Origin: Acidobacteriota bacterium
GTDB taxonomy: Bacteria; Acidobacteriota; UBA4820; DSQY01
Direction of reading: 5' to 3'
Length of the DNA: 36,326 nucleotides
Assembly (NCBI GenBank): GCA_037440125.1
Contig: JBBIUU010000003.1
Location: 27,266 to 63,591, forward strand
Made by a program: the position numbers and the translations under genes. Numbering within the stretch: position 1 is the first letter of the stretch; the number at the start of each line of letters is the position of its first letter. This document shows, piece by piece, positions 1 to 9,061 of the stretch. Below the pieces are notes generated by a model. It saw only the letters and a program-made list of their open reading frames with translations. It was not told the DNA's origin and did not search any database.

Positions 1-27
1 GCTCCCCAGCTCTCCGGCTCCATCTTC

Positions 28-44
28 CTGGCACTTCCTTTGCT
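28..44 (+). promoter_or_regulatory. sigma54 (-24/-12) promoter upstream of the enhancer-binding protein-degP operon
   Basis: CTGGCACTTCCTTTGCT; GG at 30-31 and GC at 42-43 have the canonical 12-bp offset; 35 bp upstream of ATG 79, which has a GGGAGG RBS. Confidence 0.7.
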
Positions 45-78
45 TCTCTTGTATATTCTGGCAGGGAGGCGTGCCATT

Positions 79-1494
79 ATGGCGCAGGGTTCGGTTCTAA
101 TCTTCGAAGACGAGGCTGAGAACCTCCGCAGCCTCACCAAGGCGCTCGAGAAGGTGGGCTACGAGGTCAAGGGGTTCCAGAACCCCCGCGACGGCATGGC
201 GTACTTCGCCGCGCGGGGCGACATCGACCTCGTCCTGACGGACCTCCGCATGCCCGGGATGGACGGCATGGAGGTCCTCAAGCGCGTGAAGGAGAGCGAG
301 CCCTCCGTGGGCGTGCTCCTCATCACGGCCTTCGGCTCCGTGGAATCGGCCGTCCAGGCCATGAAGGTGGGGGCCGACGACTACCTCGCCAAGCCCGTGG
401 ATCTCTACGAGCTGCGGCGCCGCGTCCAGGCCCTCGTGGAGAAGCGCCGCCTCAAGAACGAGGTGGACGAGCTCAAGGCCAGGCTGGACGAGCGCTTCGG
501 TTTCGAGCACATCATCGGCAACTCCCGCCCCATGCGCGAGCTCTTCCAGCAGGTGAGGATGGCCGCCCCGACCAAGGTGACGGTCCTCATCCAGGGCGAG
601 TCGGGCACGGGCAAGGAGCTCATCGCCAACGCCATCCACCAGAACTCGGACCGCAAGCGGAGCCGCTTCCTCCCCATCAACTGCGCGGCCATCCCGGCCA
701 ACCTCATCGAGAGCGAGCTCTTCGGCCACGAGCGCGGCAGCTTCACGGGCGCCGAGAAGGCGCACCCCGGCAAGTTCGAGCAGGCCACCGGCGGCACCCT
801 CTTCCTGGACGAGATCGGCGAGCTCTCCCTGGACCTCCAGGCCAAGCTCCTGCGCGTCCTCGAGGAGCGCGTCGTGACGCGCGTCGGCGGGACGCAGCCC
901 ATCCACGTGGACGTGCGCATCGTGGCGGCCACGCACCGGGACCTCCTCCAGATGGTGGCGGAGGGGAAGTTCCGCGAGGACCTCATGTACCGGCTGAAGG
1001 TCGTGGAGCTGCGCATCCCGCCGCTCCGCGAGCGCCTCGAGGACATCCCCCTCCTCGTGCAGGCCTTCATCTCGCAGTTCGACCGCGAGCACGGGAAGGA
1101 TATCCAGGGCGTCTCGCCGGAGGTCCTCCGACTGCTCGCCGCATACCCGTGGCCAGGTAACGTCCGCGAGCTCCGCAACCTCGTGGAGCGCATGGTCATC
1201 TTCTGCACCGAGGAGGAGCTCCGCGTGGCCCACCTCCCCTACGACTTCAAGGCGGGAACCCTCCAGCCCGCGGCGGCCCAGATCGCGGGGGCGCCTGCGC
1301 CCCTGCGCCTCTCCGCGGCCGCGGACCCGGTCCAGGCCCTCGACGAGATGGAGCGCCAGGCCATCTACCGAGCGCTCCAGGAGACGGGGGGGAACAAGAC
1401 CCAGGCGGCCCGGATCCTCGGGATCGGGGTCCGCACCCTGCATCGCAAACTCAACGAGTACCGCACCCAAGATGAAGAAAGGAGCACCTCATGA
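79..1494 (+). CDS. sigma54-dependent two-component response regulator (NtrC/AtoC family: receiver, AAA+, Fis-type HTH)
   Basis: Receiver [14 protein letters not shown]; Walker A GESGTGKE; [15 protein letters not shown] loop; Walker B LFLDEIGE; WPGNVREL; [20 protein letters not shown]; ATG 79 follows GGGAGG. Confidence 0.95.
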   Translation: MAQGSVLIFEDEAENLRSLTKALEKVGYEVKGFQNPRDGMAYFAARGDIDLVLTDLRMPGMDGMEVLKRVKESEPSVGVLLITAFGSVESAVQAMKVGADDYLAKPVDLYELRRRVQALVEKRRLKNEVDELKARLDERFGFEHIIGNSRPMRELFQQVRMAAPTKVTVLIQGESGTGKELIANAIHQNSDRKRSRFLPINCAAIPANLIESELFGHERGSFTGAEKAHPGKFEQATGGTLFLDEIGELSLDLQAKLLRVLEERVVTRVGGTQPIHVDVRIVAATHRDLLQMVAEGKFREDLMYRLKVVELRIPPLRERLEDIPLLVQAFISQFDREHGKDIQGVSPEVLRLLAAYPWPGNVRELRNLVERMVIFCTEEELRVAHLPYDFKAGTLQPAAAQIAGAPAPLRLSAAADPVQALDEMERQAIYRALQETGGNKTQAARILGIGVRTLHRKLNEYRTQDEERSTS

Positions 1495-3029
1495 AGATCG
1501 CGAAATGGATGATGCTCGCCGGCTTCGGCTGCCTGCTTGTCCTGGCCGGCTTCGGCCTGGCGCAGCTCAGGAACGTCAGCTCGCCCACCGCCCGCGCCGT
1601 AACGGCCTCGGCCCCCGCGGCCGTCTCCGGCGCCGCCGTGTCCGCGCCGGGCGCGCCGAGCTTCGCCGACATCGCCGAGAAGGTGAACCCCGCCGTGGTA
1701 GGCATCACCGCGATCAGCGTCGGCGGAAAGGGCGAGGGCGAGGACCAGGGCCCCGACCAGGGTCCCAACAACATGCCCGATCCCTTCGAGTTCTTCTTCG
1801 GCATGCCCCATCCGAACGTCCCCGGCGCACCCCGCGGCCAGAAGCCCGTCCAGGAGGCCGGCGGCTCGGGCTTCATCATCAGCACCGACGGCTACATCCT
1901 CACCAACAACCACGTGGTGGACGACGCCACCAAGGTGACGGTGAAGCTGAACGACGACCGCGAGTTCCCCGCCAAGATCGTGGGCACCGACAAGGAGACC
2001 GACGTGGCGCTCCTGAAGGTGGAGGCCTCGGGCCTGCCCACCCTGCCCCTCGGAGACAGCGACGCCATCCGCCAGGGCGACTGGGTCATGGCCGTGGGCA
2101 ACCCGCTCAACTACAACCACACCGTCACCGTGGGCGTAATCTCCGCCAAGGGCCGCCGCATCTCGAGCAGCTCCCTCGACGACTTCATCCAGACCGACGC
2201 GGCCATCAACTTCGGCAACTCGGGCGGCCCGCTCGTGAACGCGCGGGGCGAGGCCGTCGGCATCAACACCGCCATCACCCGCAACGACTACATGGGGCGC
2301 ATGGTCGAAGGCATCGGCTTCGCCATCCCCATCAACCTCGTGCGCGGCGAGATCGACCAGCTCAAGACCTCGGGCAAGGTGTCCCGCGGCTGGCTCGGCG
2401 TCTCCGTGGCCTCCGTGGACCCCGACGCCAAGAGCTACTACAAGAGCAAGTTCGGCGTGGACGTGAAGGGCGGCGCCCTCGTGCAGCGGGTGGAGGAGAA
2501 CTCCCCCTCGTCGAAGGCCGGCCTCCAGAAGGGCGACATCATCCTCGAGGTGGACGGCACCGAGCTCAAGGGCAGCCAGGAGCTCGTGCACAAGATCGCC
2601 GGCTATCCGCCGGGCCGCGCCGTCAACCTCCTCGTCCTCCGCGGGGGCGAGAAGAAGACCGTCAAGGTGACCCTGGGCGACCGCGCCAAGGCCATGAACG
2701 GCGAGGAGCCCGGCCAGGGCGGCAAGAACGAGGACGCCAACGAGACCAAGCTCGGCATCAAGGTCCAGAACCTCACCGCTCAGGTCCGTCAGATGTACCG
2801 CATCCCGCAGGAGATCACGGGCGTGGTGGTGGTGAGCGTGGAGCCCAAGTCCAACGCATACGCCAAGGGCATCCGCGAGGGCCTGATCATCTCCGAGCTC
2901 AACGGCCAGACGATCAAGAGCGTGGACGACTACCGCAAGGCCAGCGCCGGCGTGAAGCCGGGCGACCCCGTGAGCATCTACATCCAGGACGGCCAGGGCG
3001 GCACGTACCTCTACTTCCGGGCCGACTGA
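1491..3029 (+). CDS. degP: DegP/DegQ (HtrA, Do family) periplasmic serine endoprotease with two PDZ domains
   Basis: N-terminal hydrophobic signal; TNNHVV, DVALLKV and [15 protein letters not shown] catalytic motifs; two PDZ-like regions; ATGA overlap with upstream gene. Confidence 0.9.
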   Translation: MKIAKWMMLAGFGCLLVLAGFGLAQLRNVSSPTARAVTASAPAAVSGAAVSAPGAPSFADIAEKVNPAVVGITAISVGGKGEGEDQGPDQGPNNMPDPFEFFFGMPHPNVPGAPRGQKPVQEAGGSGFIISTDGYILTNNHVVDDATKVTVKLNDDREFPAKIVGTDKETDVALLKVEASGLPTLPLGDSDAIRQGDWVMAVGNPLNYNHTVTVGVISAKGRRISSSSLDDFIQTDAAINFGNSGGPLVNARGEAVGINTAITRNDYMGRMVEGIGFAIPINLVRGEIDQLKTSGKVSRGWLGVSVASVDPDAKSYYKSKFGVDVKGGALVQRVEENSPSSKAGLQKGDIILEVDGTELKGSQELVHKIAGYPPGRAVNLLVLRGGEKKTVKVTLGDRAKAMNGEEPGQGGKNEDANETKLGIKVQNLTAQVRQMYRIPQEITGVVVVSVEPKSNAYAKGIREGLIISELNGQTIKSVDDYRKASAGVKPGDPVSIYIQDGQGGTYLYFRAD

Positions 3030-3050
3030 CCTCCCTTTCCGAGAAGGGCC

Positions 3051-3085
3051 AAACTGGCGCGCCATTTTGGCGCGCCAGTTTTTTT
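3051..3085 (+). terminator. Rho-independent terminator after degP
   Basis: AAACTGGCGCGCCA-TTT-TGGCGCGCCAGTTT perfect stem running into a T-tract. Confidence 0.85.
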
Positions 3086-3135
3086 CCCCCGTACCCTGCG
3101 GGTCCCGCATCGCCGGAGGACTTGGTTCTACCGCC

Positions 3136-3206
3136 CGGCGTCTCGCGTCTGGTGTCTTTCGTCGGGCGTCTAACGTCTCCCGTCTTACCTCCCGCGTTCA
3201 CCCGTC
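3136..3206. repeat. degenerate heptamer tandem repeat (NNNCGTC family)
   Basis: CGGCGTC TCGCGTC TGGTGTC TTTCGTC GGGCGTC TAACGTC TCCCGTC TTACCTC...; several units are reverse complements of units at 30327-30402. Confidence 0.7.
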
Positions 3207-3212
3207 CAACCT

Positions 3213-3240
3213 CCACAAAGTCAAGGCTTTGTGGTATGAT
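3213..3240 (+). promoter_or_regulatory. putative extended -10 promoter of lysS with an overlapping inverted repeat
   Basis: CCACAAAG-N6-CTTTGTGG palindrome abutting TG-G-TATGAT (TATGAT at 3235-3240). Confidence 0.5.
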
Positions 3241-3275
3241 TCCGCTTTACGGTCCCAGAGGAAAAGGAGACCTTC

Positions 3276-4772
3276 TTGGAAGACGAGCTCATCGCCCAAC
3301 GACGCGCCAAACTCCAGCAGTGGGCTGAGGCGTTCCCCGGCTCCAGCCCCGACCGCTTCGAGACCACCGCCTCCCTCGCCGAGCTCTGCGAATCCCACAA
3401 GGACGCCTCCGCCGAGGCCCTCAACGCGAACCCCGGGACGGTCCGGGTAGCGGGGCGCCTCCTGGCCCTGCGCAAGATGGGCAAGCTCACCTTCGCCCAC
3501 GTGGCGGCGGGGGGCGCCCGCCTCCAGCTCCTCTTCGAGCGCGGCGCGGACGAGGCGGCCTACGCCAGGCTCTCCCTCCTCGACCTGGGCGACTGGATCG
3601 GCGCCGAGGGGACCCTCACGCGCACCAAGACCGGTGAGCTCACGGTGAGGGTGGCCTCCTACCTGCCGCTGAGGAAGTGCTTCCGCCCCCTGCCCGAGAA
3701 GTGGCACGGCCTGGCCGACGTGGAGCAGCGCTACCGCCAGCGCCACCTGGACCTCATCATGAACCCCGAGTCCGTGGAGCGCTTCCGGGGCCGTTCGCGG
3801 ATGACCGCGGCGGTGCGGGAGTTCATGGTCGCCGACGGCTTCGAGGAGGTGGAGACGCCCATGCTCCACCCCATCGCGGGCGGCGCCGCGGCGCGTCCCT
3901 TCGCGACGCACCACAACGCGCTGGACTGCGAGCTCTTCCTCCGCATCGCGCCCGAGCTCTACCTCAAGCGCCTCGTGGTGGGCGGCATGCCGCGCGTCTT
4001 CGAGATCAACCGCAACTTCCGGAACGAGGGGATCGACACCAAGCACAACCCCGAGTTCACCATGATGGAGTTCTACCGGGCCTTCGCCTGCGCGAGCGAC
4101 CTCATGGATTTCACCGAGCGCCTCCTCGTGCACACCGCCCAGCGGACCACGGGCGGCCTCGAGGTGGCCTACGAGGGCCGGCCCCTCTCCTTCGCGCCGC
4201 CCTTCCGGCGCCTGAGTCTGCGCGAGGCGGCCAAGGCCGCGCTCGCCGAGCGCGGCGTCCCCGAGGGCGCGTGGCTCACCGCCGAAGGCCGCGCCGAGTG
4301 GGCGAAGAAGCTCGACATGAGCGTGCCCAAGTCCAACACGCCCGAGAAGTTCCTCGTGGAGGCGTGCGACGCCCTCGTGACGCCGAACCTCTGGGAGCCC
4401 ACCTTCGTCTACGACTACCCGCTCGAGGTGTCGCCCCTCTCGCGGCGCAAGCCGGGGAGCGACGACACGGTGGACCGCTTCGAGCTGTTCGTCGCGGGGA
4501 TGGAGCTCGCCAACGGCTTCTCCGAGCTCAACGACCCCGACGACCAGCGCGCCCGCTTCATCGAGCAGGTGAAGGAGAAGGCCGGCGGCGACGACGAGGC
4601 CATGCCCTACGACGAGGACTACTGCCAGACCCTCGAGTACGGCCTGCCCCCCACGGCGGGGGAGGGCCTCGGCATGGACCGCCTCGCCATGCTCCTGACG
4701 GGCACGGCCTCCATCCGCGACGTGGTCCTCTTCCCGCTCCTCAAGCCCCGCGCCGACGCCCAGGGCTCATGA
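3276..4772 (+). CDS. lysS: lysine--tRNA ligase (class II)
   Basis: OB-fold anticodon domain; LPEKWHGL, RYRQRHLDL, EVETPML, LRIAPELYLKRL, NFRNEG and GLPPTAGEGLGMDRL motifs; TTG start after AAGGAG. Confidence 0.97.
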   Translation: MEDELIAQRRAKLQQWAEAFPGSSPDRFETTASLAELCESHKDASAEALNANPGTVRVAGRLLALRKMGKLTFAHVAAGGARLQLLFERGADEAAYARLSLLDLGDWIGAEGTLTRTKTGELTVRVASYLPLRKCFRPLPEKWHGLADVEQRYRQRHLDLIMNPESVERFRGRSRMTAAVREFMVADGFEEVETPMLHPIAGGAAARPFATHHNALDCELFLRIAPELYLKRLVVGGMPRVFEINRNFRNEGIDTKHNPEFTMMEFYRAFACASDLMDFTERLLVHTAQRTTGGLEVAYEGRPLSFAPPFRRLSLREAAKAALAERGVPEGAWLTAEGRAEWAKKLDMSVPKSNTPEKFLVEACDALVTPNLWEPTFVYDYPLEVSPLSRRKPGSDDTVDRFELFVAGMELANGFSELNDPDDQRARFIEQVKEKAGGDDEAMPYDEDYCQTLEYGLPPTAGEGLGMDRLAMLLTGTASIRDVVLFPLLKPRADAQGS

Positions 4773-5993
4773 GCGTGGTCCTCTTCGTCGGGCGCCGCTA
4801 CCTCGTGGCGCGCCGGCGGCAGGCCTTCATCTCGCTGATCACAATCATCTCCACGCTCGGCGTGGCCGTGGGCGTCATGGCGCTCGTCATCGCGCTCGCC
4901 ATCTCCACGGGCTTCACGACGCGCATCCAGGAGAAGATCCAGCTCCTCAACGCGCACCTCAACATCCTCACCGGGCCGCAGGGCCTCGACCAGGACGAGG
5001 CCGGCGCGGTGCGGCGCGTGCTCGACGCCGACCCCCGCGTGAAGGCCTACACGCCCATCGTCCTGGGCACGGCGCTCGTGGTGGGCCCCACGAGCCGCAC
5101 GGGCACGGTGGCCAAGGTCCTGGGGATCGACCCGGCCACCCAGTCCGCGGTGGTCGACCTCCAGCCTTACGTGGAGGGCACGCTGCCCTCGACGGACGTG
5201 ATCCAGGGCGAGGGCACGGCGGTGATCGGGGCCGAGCTCGCGCGCTCCCTCGGCGTGATGGAGGGAGACACGATCCAGCTCCTGGCCCCGCGCGTCACGC
5301 TGTCGCCCTTCGGCAACCTGCCCAAGCTCGTGCCGCTGCGGGTCGTCGGGATCCTCCGCACGGGCTACTACCTGTACGACACGGAGTTCGTCTACGTCGC
5401 CCTGCCCCTGGCCCAGCGCCTCTACACGGGGCCGGGCGCGGTGAGCGCCATCCAGGTGCGGCTTAAGGACGGGCGCGACCTGACGCCCTGCCGGCTGGAC
5501 CTCCAGAAAACTCTGGGGCCGAGCTACCGCGTCCTCGACCTCATCGGGTCCAACGCCGAGTTCTTCAAGGCCCTGCGGATGGAGAGGGTCCTCCTCTTCC
5601 TCGCCATCGGCCTCATCGTCATGGTGGCCGCGCTCAACATCGTCTCCACCCTCATCCTCATGGTCATGGAGAAGGTGCGCGACATCGGCATCCTGCGGAG
5701 CATGGGCGCCTCGCCCGCGGACATCCTGAGGATCTTCCTCTTCCAGGGCGTGGTCATCGGCGCGGTGGGCACGACCCTGGGCGCCGCCGTCGGCGTGGCG
5801 GCGTGCAAGGTGCTCGACCGGACCCACGCCATCCCCCTCTCCCTCGACGTCTACCCCCTGCCCTTCGTGCCCTTTATGACCTCCGCGGGGCAGGTGGCCT
5901 GGGTATGCGCCTTCGCCATGGCGGTCTCCTTCCTCGCCACGCTCTACCCCGCCTACCGGGCCGCCCGGCTCGACCCCGTTGAGGCGCTCCGCT

Positions 5994-6001
<8 letters not shown>
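4769..6001 (+). CDS. lolE: lipoprotein-releasing ABC transporter permease (LolC/E family)
   Basis: Real start MSVVLFVGRRYL (ATGA overlap with lysS stop); N-terminal TM; VAALNIVSTLILMVMEK..DIGILRSMGA; C-terminal AARLDPVEALRYE; adjacent to lolD. Confidence 0.9.
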
Positions 6002-6692
<691 letters not shown>

Positions 6693-6715
6693 GGCTCCGG
6701 AGGGGTCCGTTCGGG

Positions 6716-6744
6716 GTGACAGCCCGGGGCCGGGATGGTATACT
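6716..6744 (+). promoter_or_regulatory. sigma70-type promoter for the clp-bamA-lpx operon
   Basis: GTGACA-17 bp-TATACT with extended TG at 6736-6737. Confidence 0.65.
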
Positions 6745-6765
6745 CGTGCGGTTTAGGGAGCTCGG

Positions 6766-9054
6766 ATGAGCGAGAAGTACACCGAGCAGGCACGGCGTGT
6801 CCTCTATTTTGCCCGGTACGAAGCGCACCAGGCCGGCAGCGCCGTCTCTGACACCGAACACGTCCTGCTGGGGCTGGCCCTGTCGGACACCCCCGTCCTC
6901 GCGGAGATCTTCTCCAAGGCCCACCTTTCCGCGGACGAGGTCCGTCAGGAGCTCGAGCTCAGGCCCTCCGGCGAGGCGGGCCCGACGCCCCTCGCCCCCC
7001 CGACGTGGTCGCGGGACGTCCGGCTCCTGCTCGAGAAGTACGCCCCCGAGGAGGCGGAGCGCCTCTCGGCCCTCCGCATCGCCCCTGAGCACCTCTTCCT
7101 CGGCCTCCTCAGGCTGGAGGGCTCGGCCGCGGGGCGCCTCCTGAGCGAGCACGGCGTGACCCTCCCCACCGCGAGGGAGCGCGTGGTCCTCTCCCTCAAG
7201 CGCCAGGCTTTCGAGAAGCGCAAGGAGGGGAAGCCGGTCCTCGACGAGTTCACGCAGGACTTCACGGCCATGGCCGCCGAGGGCGCCTTCGACCCCCTGG
7301 TGGGGCGCGACGAGGAGCTCGAGCGCGTGGTCCAGATCCTGGCCCGCCGCCACAAGAACAACCCCATCCTCCTCGGCGAGCCCGGGGTCGGCAAGACGGC
7401 CCTCATCGAGGGCCTGGCCCAGCGCGTGGCCTCGGGCCAGGTGCCCGACTCCCTCGCCCACAAGCGCATCCTCGCCCTGGACCTCTCCCTCGTCATCGCC
7501 GGGACCAAGTACCGCGGCCAGTTTGAGGAGCGCCTCAAGGGCATCCTCAAGGAGGTGGCCGAGGACGGCTCCGTCATCCTCTTCGTGGACGAGATCCACA
7601 CGCTGGTGGGCGCGGGGAGCGCCGAGGGCTCCCTCGACGCGGCGAGCATCCTCAAGCCCGCCCTGAGCCGCGGCACGGTGCAGTGCATCGGCACGTCCAC
7701 GTTCCGGGACTACAAGCGGCACATCGAGAAGGACCGCTCCCTCGTCCGCCGCTTCCAACCGGTGAAGGTCCTGCCGCCGGACGAGGAGCACACCCTCGGC
7801 ATCCTCGAGGGGCTCCGCCCCAAGTACGAGTCCTACCACGGGGTGCGTTACAACCCCGAAGCGCTCCGCCACGCGGTCATGCTGAGCAACCGCTATATCA
7901 CGGACCGCTACCTCCCGGACAAGGCCATCGACGTCATCGACGAGGCCGGCGCCAAAGCGAAGATCGCGGCCCAGTTGCGCGGCGCCCGGGCCGAGGGCCA
8001 GGAGCAGGAGACTCCCGTGGTGAACCGCGCCCGCGTGGAGGAGGTGGTGGCCCTCTGGACGGGCGTCCCCGTGACGGCCATCCGCGAGGACGAGCGTGAG
8101 AAGTTTCTCCGCCTCGAGGAGCACCTGCACCGCCGCGTCATCGGGCAGGACAAGGCGCTCTCGGCCCTCGCGCGCGCCATCCGGCGCTCCCGCGCGGGGA
8201 TCAAGAACCCCTACCGGCCCATCGGGTCCTTCATCTTCCTCGGCCCCACGGGCGTGGGCAAGACGGAGGCCGCCAAGACCCTGAGCGAGTTCCTGTTCGG
8301 GGACGAGCGCTCGCTCATCCGCCTCGACATGAGCGAGTACATGGAGAAGCACTCGGTGGCGAAGATGATCGGCTCGCCGCCGGGGTACGTGGGCTTCGAG
8401 GAGGGCGGCCAGCTCGTGGAGCGCGTGAAGCGGCGCCCCTACTCGGTCATCCTCTTCGACGAGATCGAGAAGGCCCACCCGGACGTGCTGAACATGCTCC
8501 TCCAGGTCCTGGAGGACGGGCACCTCACGGACAGCTACGGCGAGACGGTGGACTTCAAGAACACCCTGCTCATCCTCACGAGCAACCTCGGCTCCAAGTT
8601 CATCCTGGACCGCGGGCCGCTCGGCTTCGAGGACGCGGCGTCGCAGGCGGCGCCCTCGCTCAAGAGGGACGAGGTCCTGCGCCACCTCAAGCAGGCGCTC
8701 CTGCCCGAGTTCCTCAACCGGCTCGATGAGATCGTGGTTTTCGATCCCCTCGGCCGCAAGGAGCTCCTGGCGGTGGCCCGGCGTATGATTGACGACCTGA
8801 ACCGCACCCTCGTCTCGCACGGCGTGCGCCTCGTGCCGGGGGAGGGCGTGCTGGAGTTCCTGGTGGACGAGTGCTGCTCCGACCCGGCCTACGGGGCCCG
8901 GCCGCTGCGGCGAGGCGTCCAGAGGCACATCGAGGACCCCCTGGCGGAGTGGATGCTCGTCAACGAGGCCAGGGAGGGCAGCGAGATCACCCTAGAGGTG
9001 CGCGGCGGCCGGATCGAGCTCGTCCAGCCGGTGCCCGCTCCCATATCAGGATAG
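6766..9054 (+). CDS. clpC: ATP-dependent Clp protease ATP-binding subunit (ClpA/ClpC type)
   Basis: Clp N-domain repeats (EHVLLGL, EHLFLGL); two AAA+ modules (GEPGVGKT, GPTGVGKT); pore loops GTKYRG and GYVG; LGF ClpP-docking loop; GARPLRR. Confidence 0.88.
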   Translation: MSEKYTEQARRVLYFARYEAHQAGSAVSDTEHVLLGLALSDTPVLAEIFSKAHLSADEVRQELELRPSGEAGPTPLAPPTWSRDVRLLLEKYAPEEAERLSALRIAPEHLFLGLLRLEGSAAGRLLSEHGVTLPTARERVVLSLKRQAFEKRKEGKPVLDEFTQDFTAMAAEGAFDPLVGRDEELERVVQILARRHKNNPILLGEPGVGKTALIEGLAQRVASGQVPDSLAHKRILALDLSLVIAGTKYRGQFEERLKGILKEVAEDGSVILFVDEIHTLVGAGSAEGSLDAASILKPALSRGTVQCIGTSTFRDYKRHIEKDRSLVRRFQPVKVLPPDEEHTLGILEGLRPKYESYHGVRYNPEALRHAVMLSNRYITDRYLPDKAIDVIDEAGAKAKIAAQLRGARAEGQEQETPVVNRARVEEVVALWTGVPVTAIREDEREKFLRLEEHLHRRVIGQDKALSALARAIRRSRAGIKNPYRPIGSFIFLGPTGVGKTEAAKTLSEFLFGDERSLIRLDMSEYMEKHSVAKMIGSPPGYVGFEEGGQLVERVKRRPYSVILFDEIEKAHPDVLNMLLQVLEDGHLTDSYGETVDFKNTLLILTSNLGSKFILDRGPLGFEDAASQAAPSLKRDEVLRHLKQALLPEFLNRLDEIVVFDPLGRKELLAVARRMIDDLNRTLVSHGVRLVPGEGVLEFLVDECCSDPAYGARPLRRGVQRHIEDPLAEWMLVNEAREGSEITLEVRGGRIELVQPVPAPISG

Positions 9055-9061
9055 GTGAGGC

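Noticed and set aside
97-3110. Long antisense and alternate-frame ORFs over the regulator and degP (97-1470, 1365-3110, 1472-3328)
   Set aside because: Shadow ORFs expected in high-GC DNA with strong codon bias; no recognisable motifs; they overlap confident genes.
3677-4768. Upstream extensions of the ORF calls for lolE (and likewise fabZ, gnnA-like, pdhA, pdhB and the lipoate ligase)
   Set aside because: Stop-free read-through in alternate frames of neighbouring genes; true starts were reassigned using RBS, overlap and homology.
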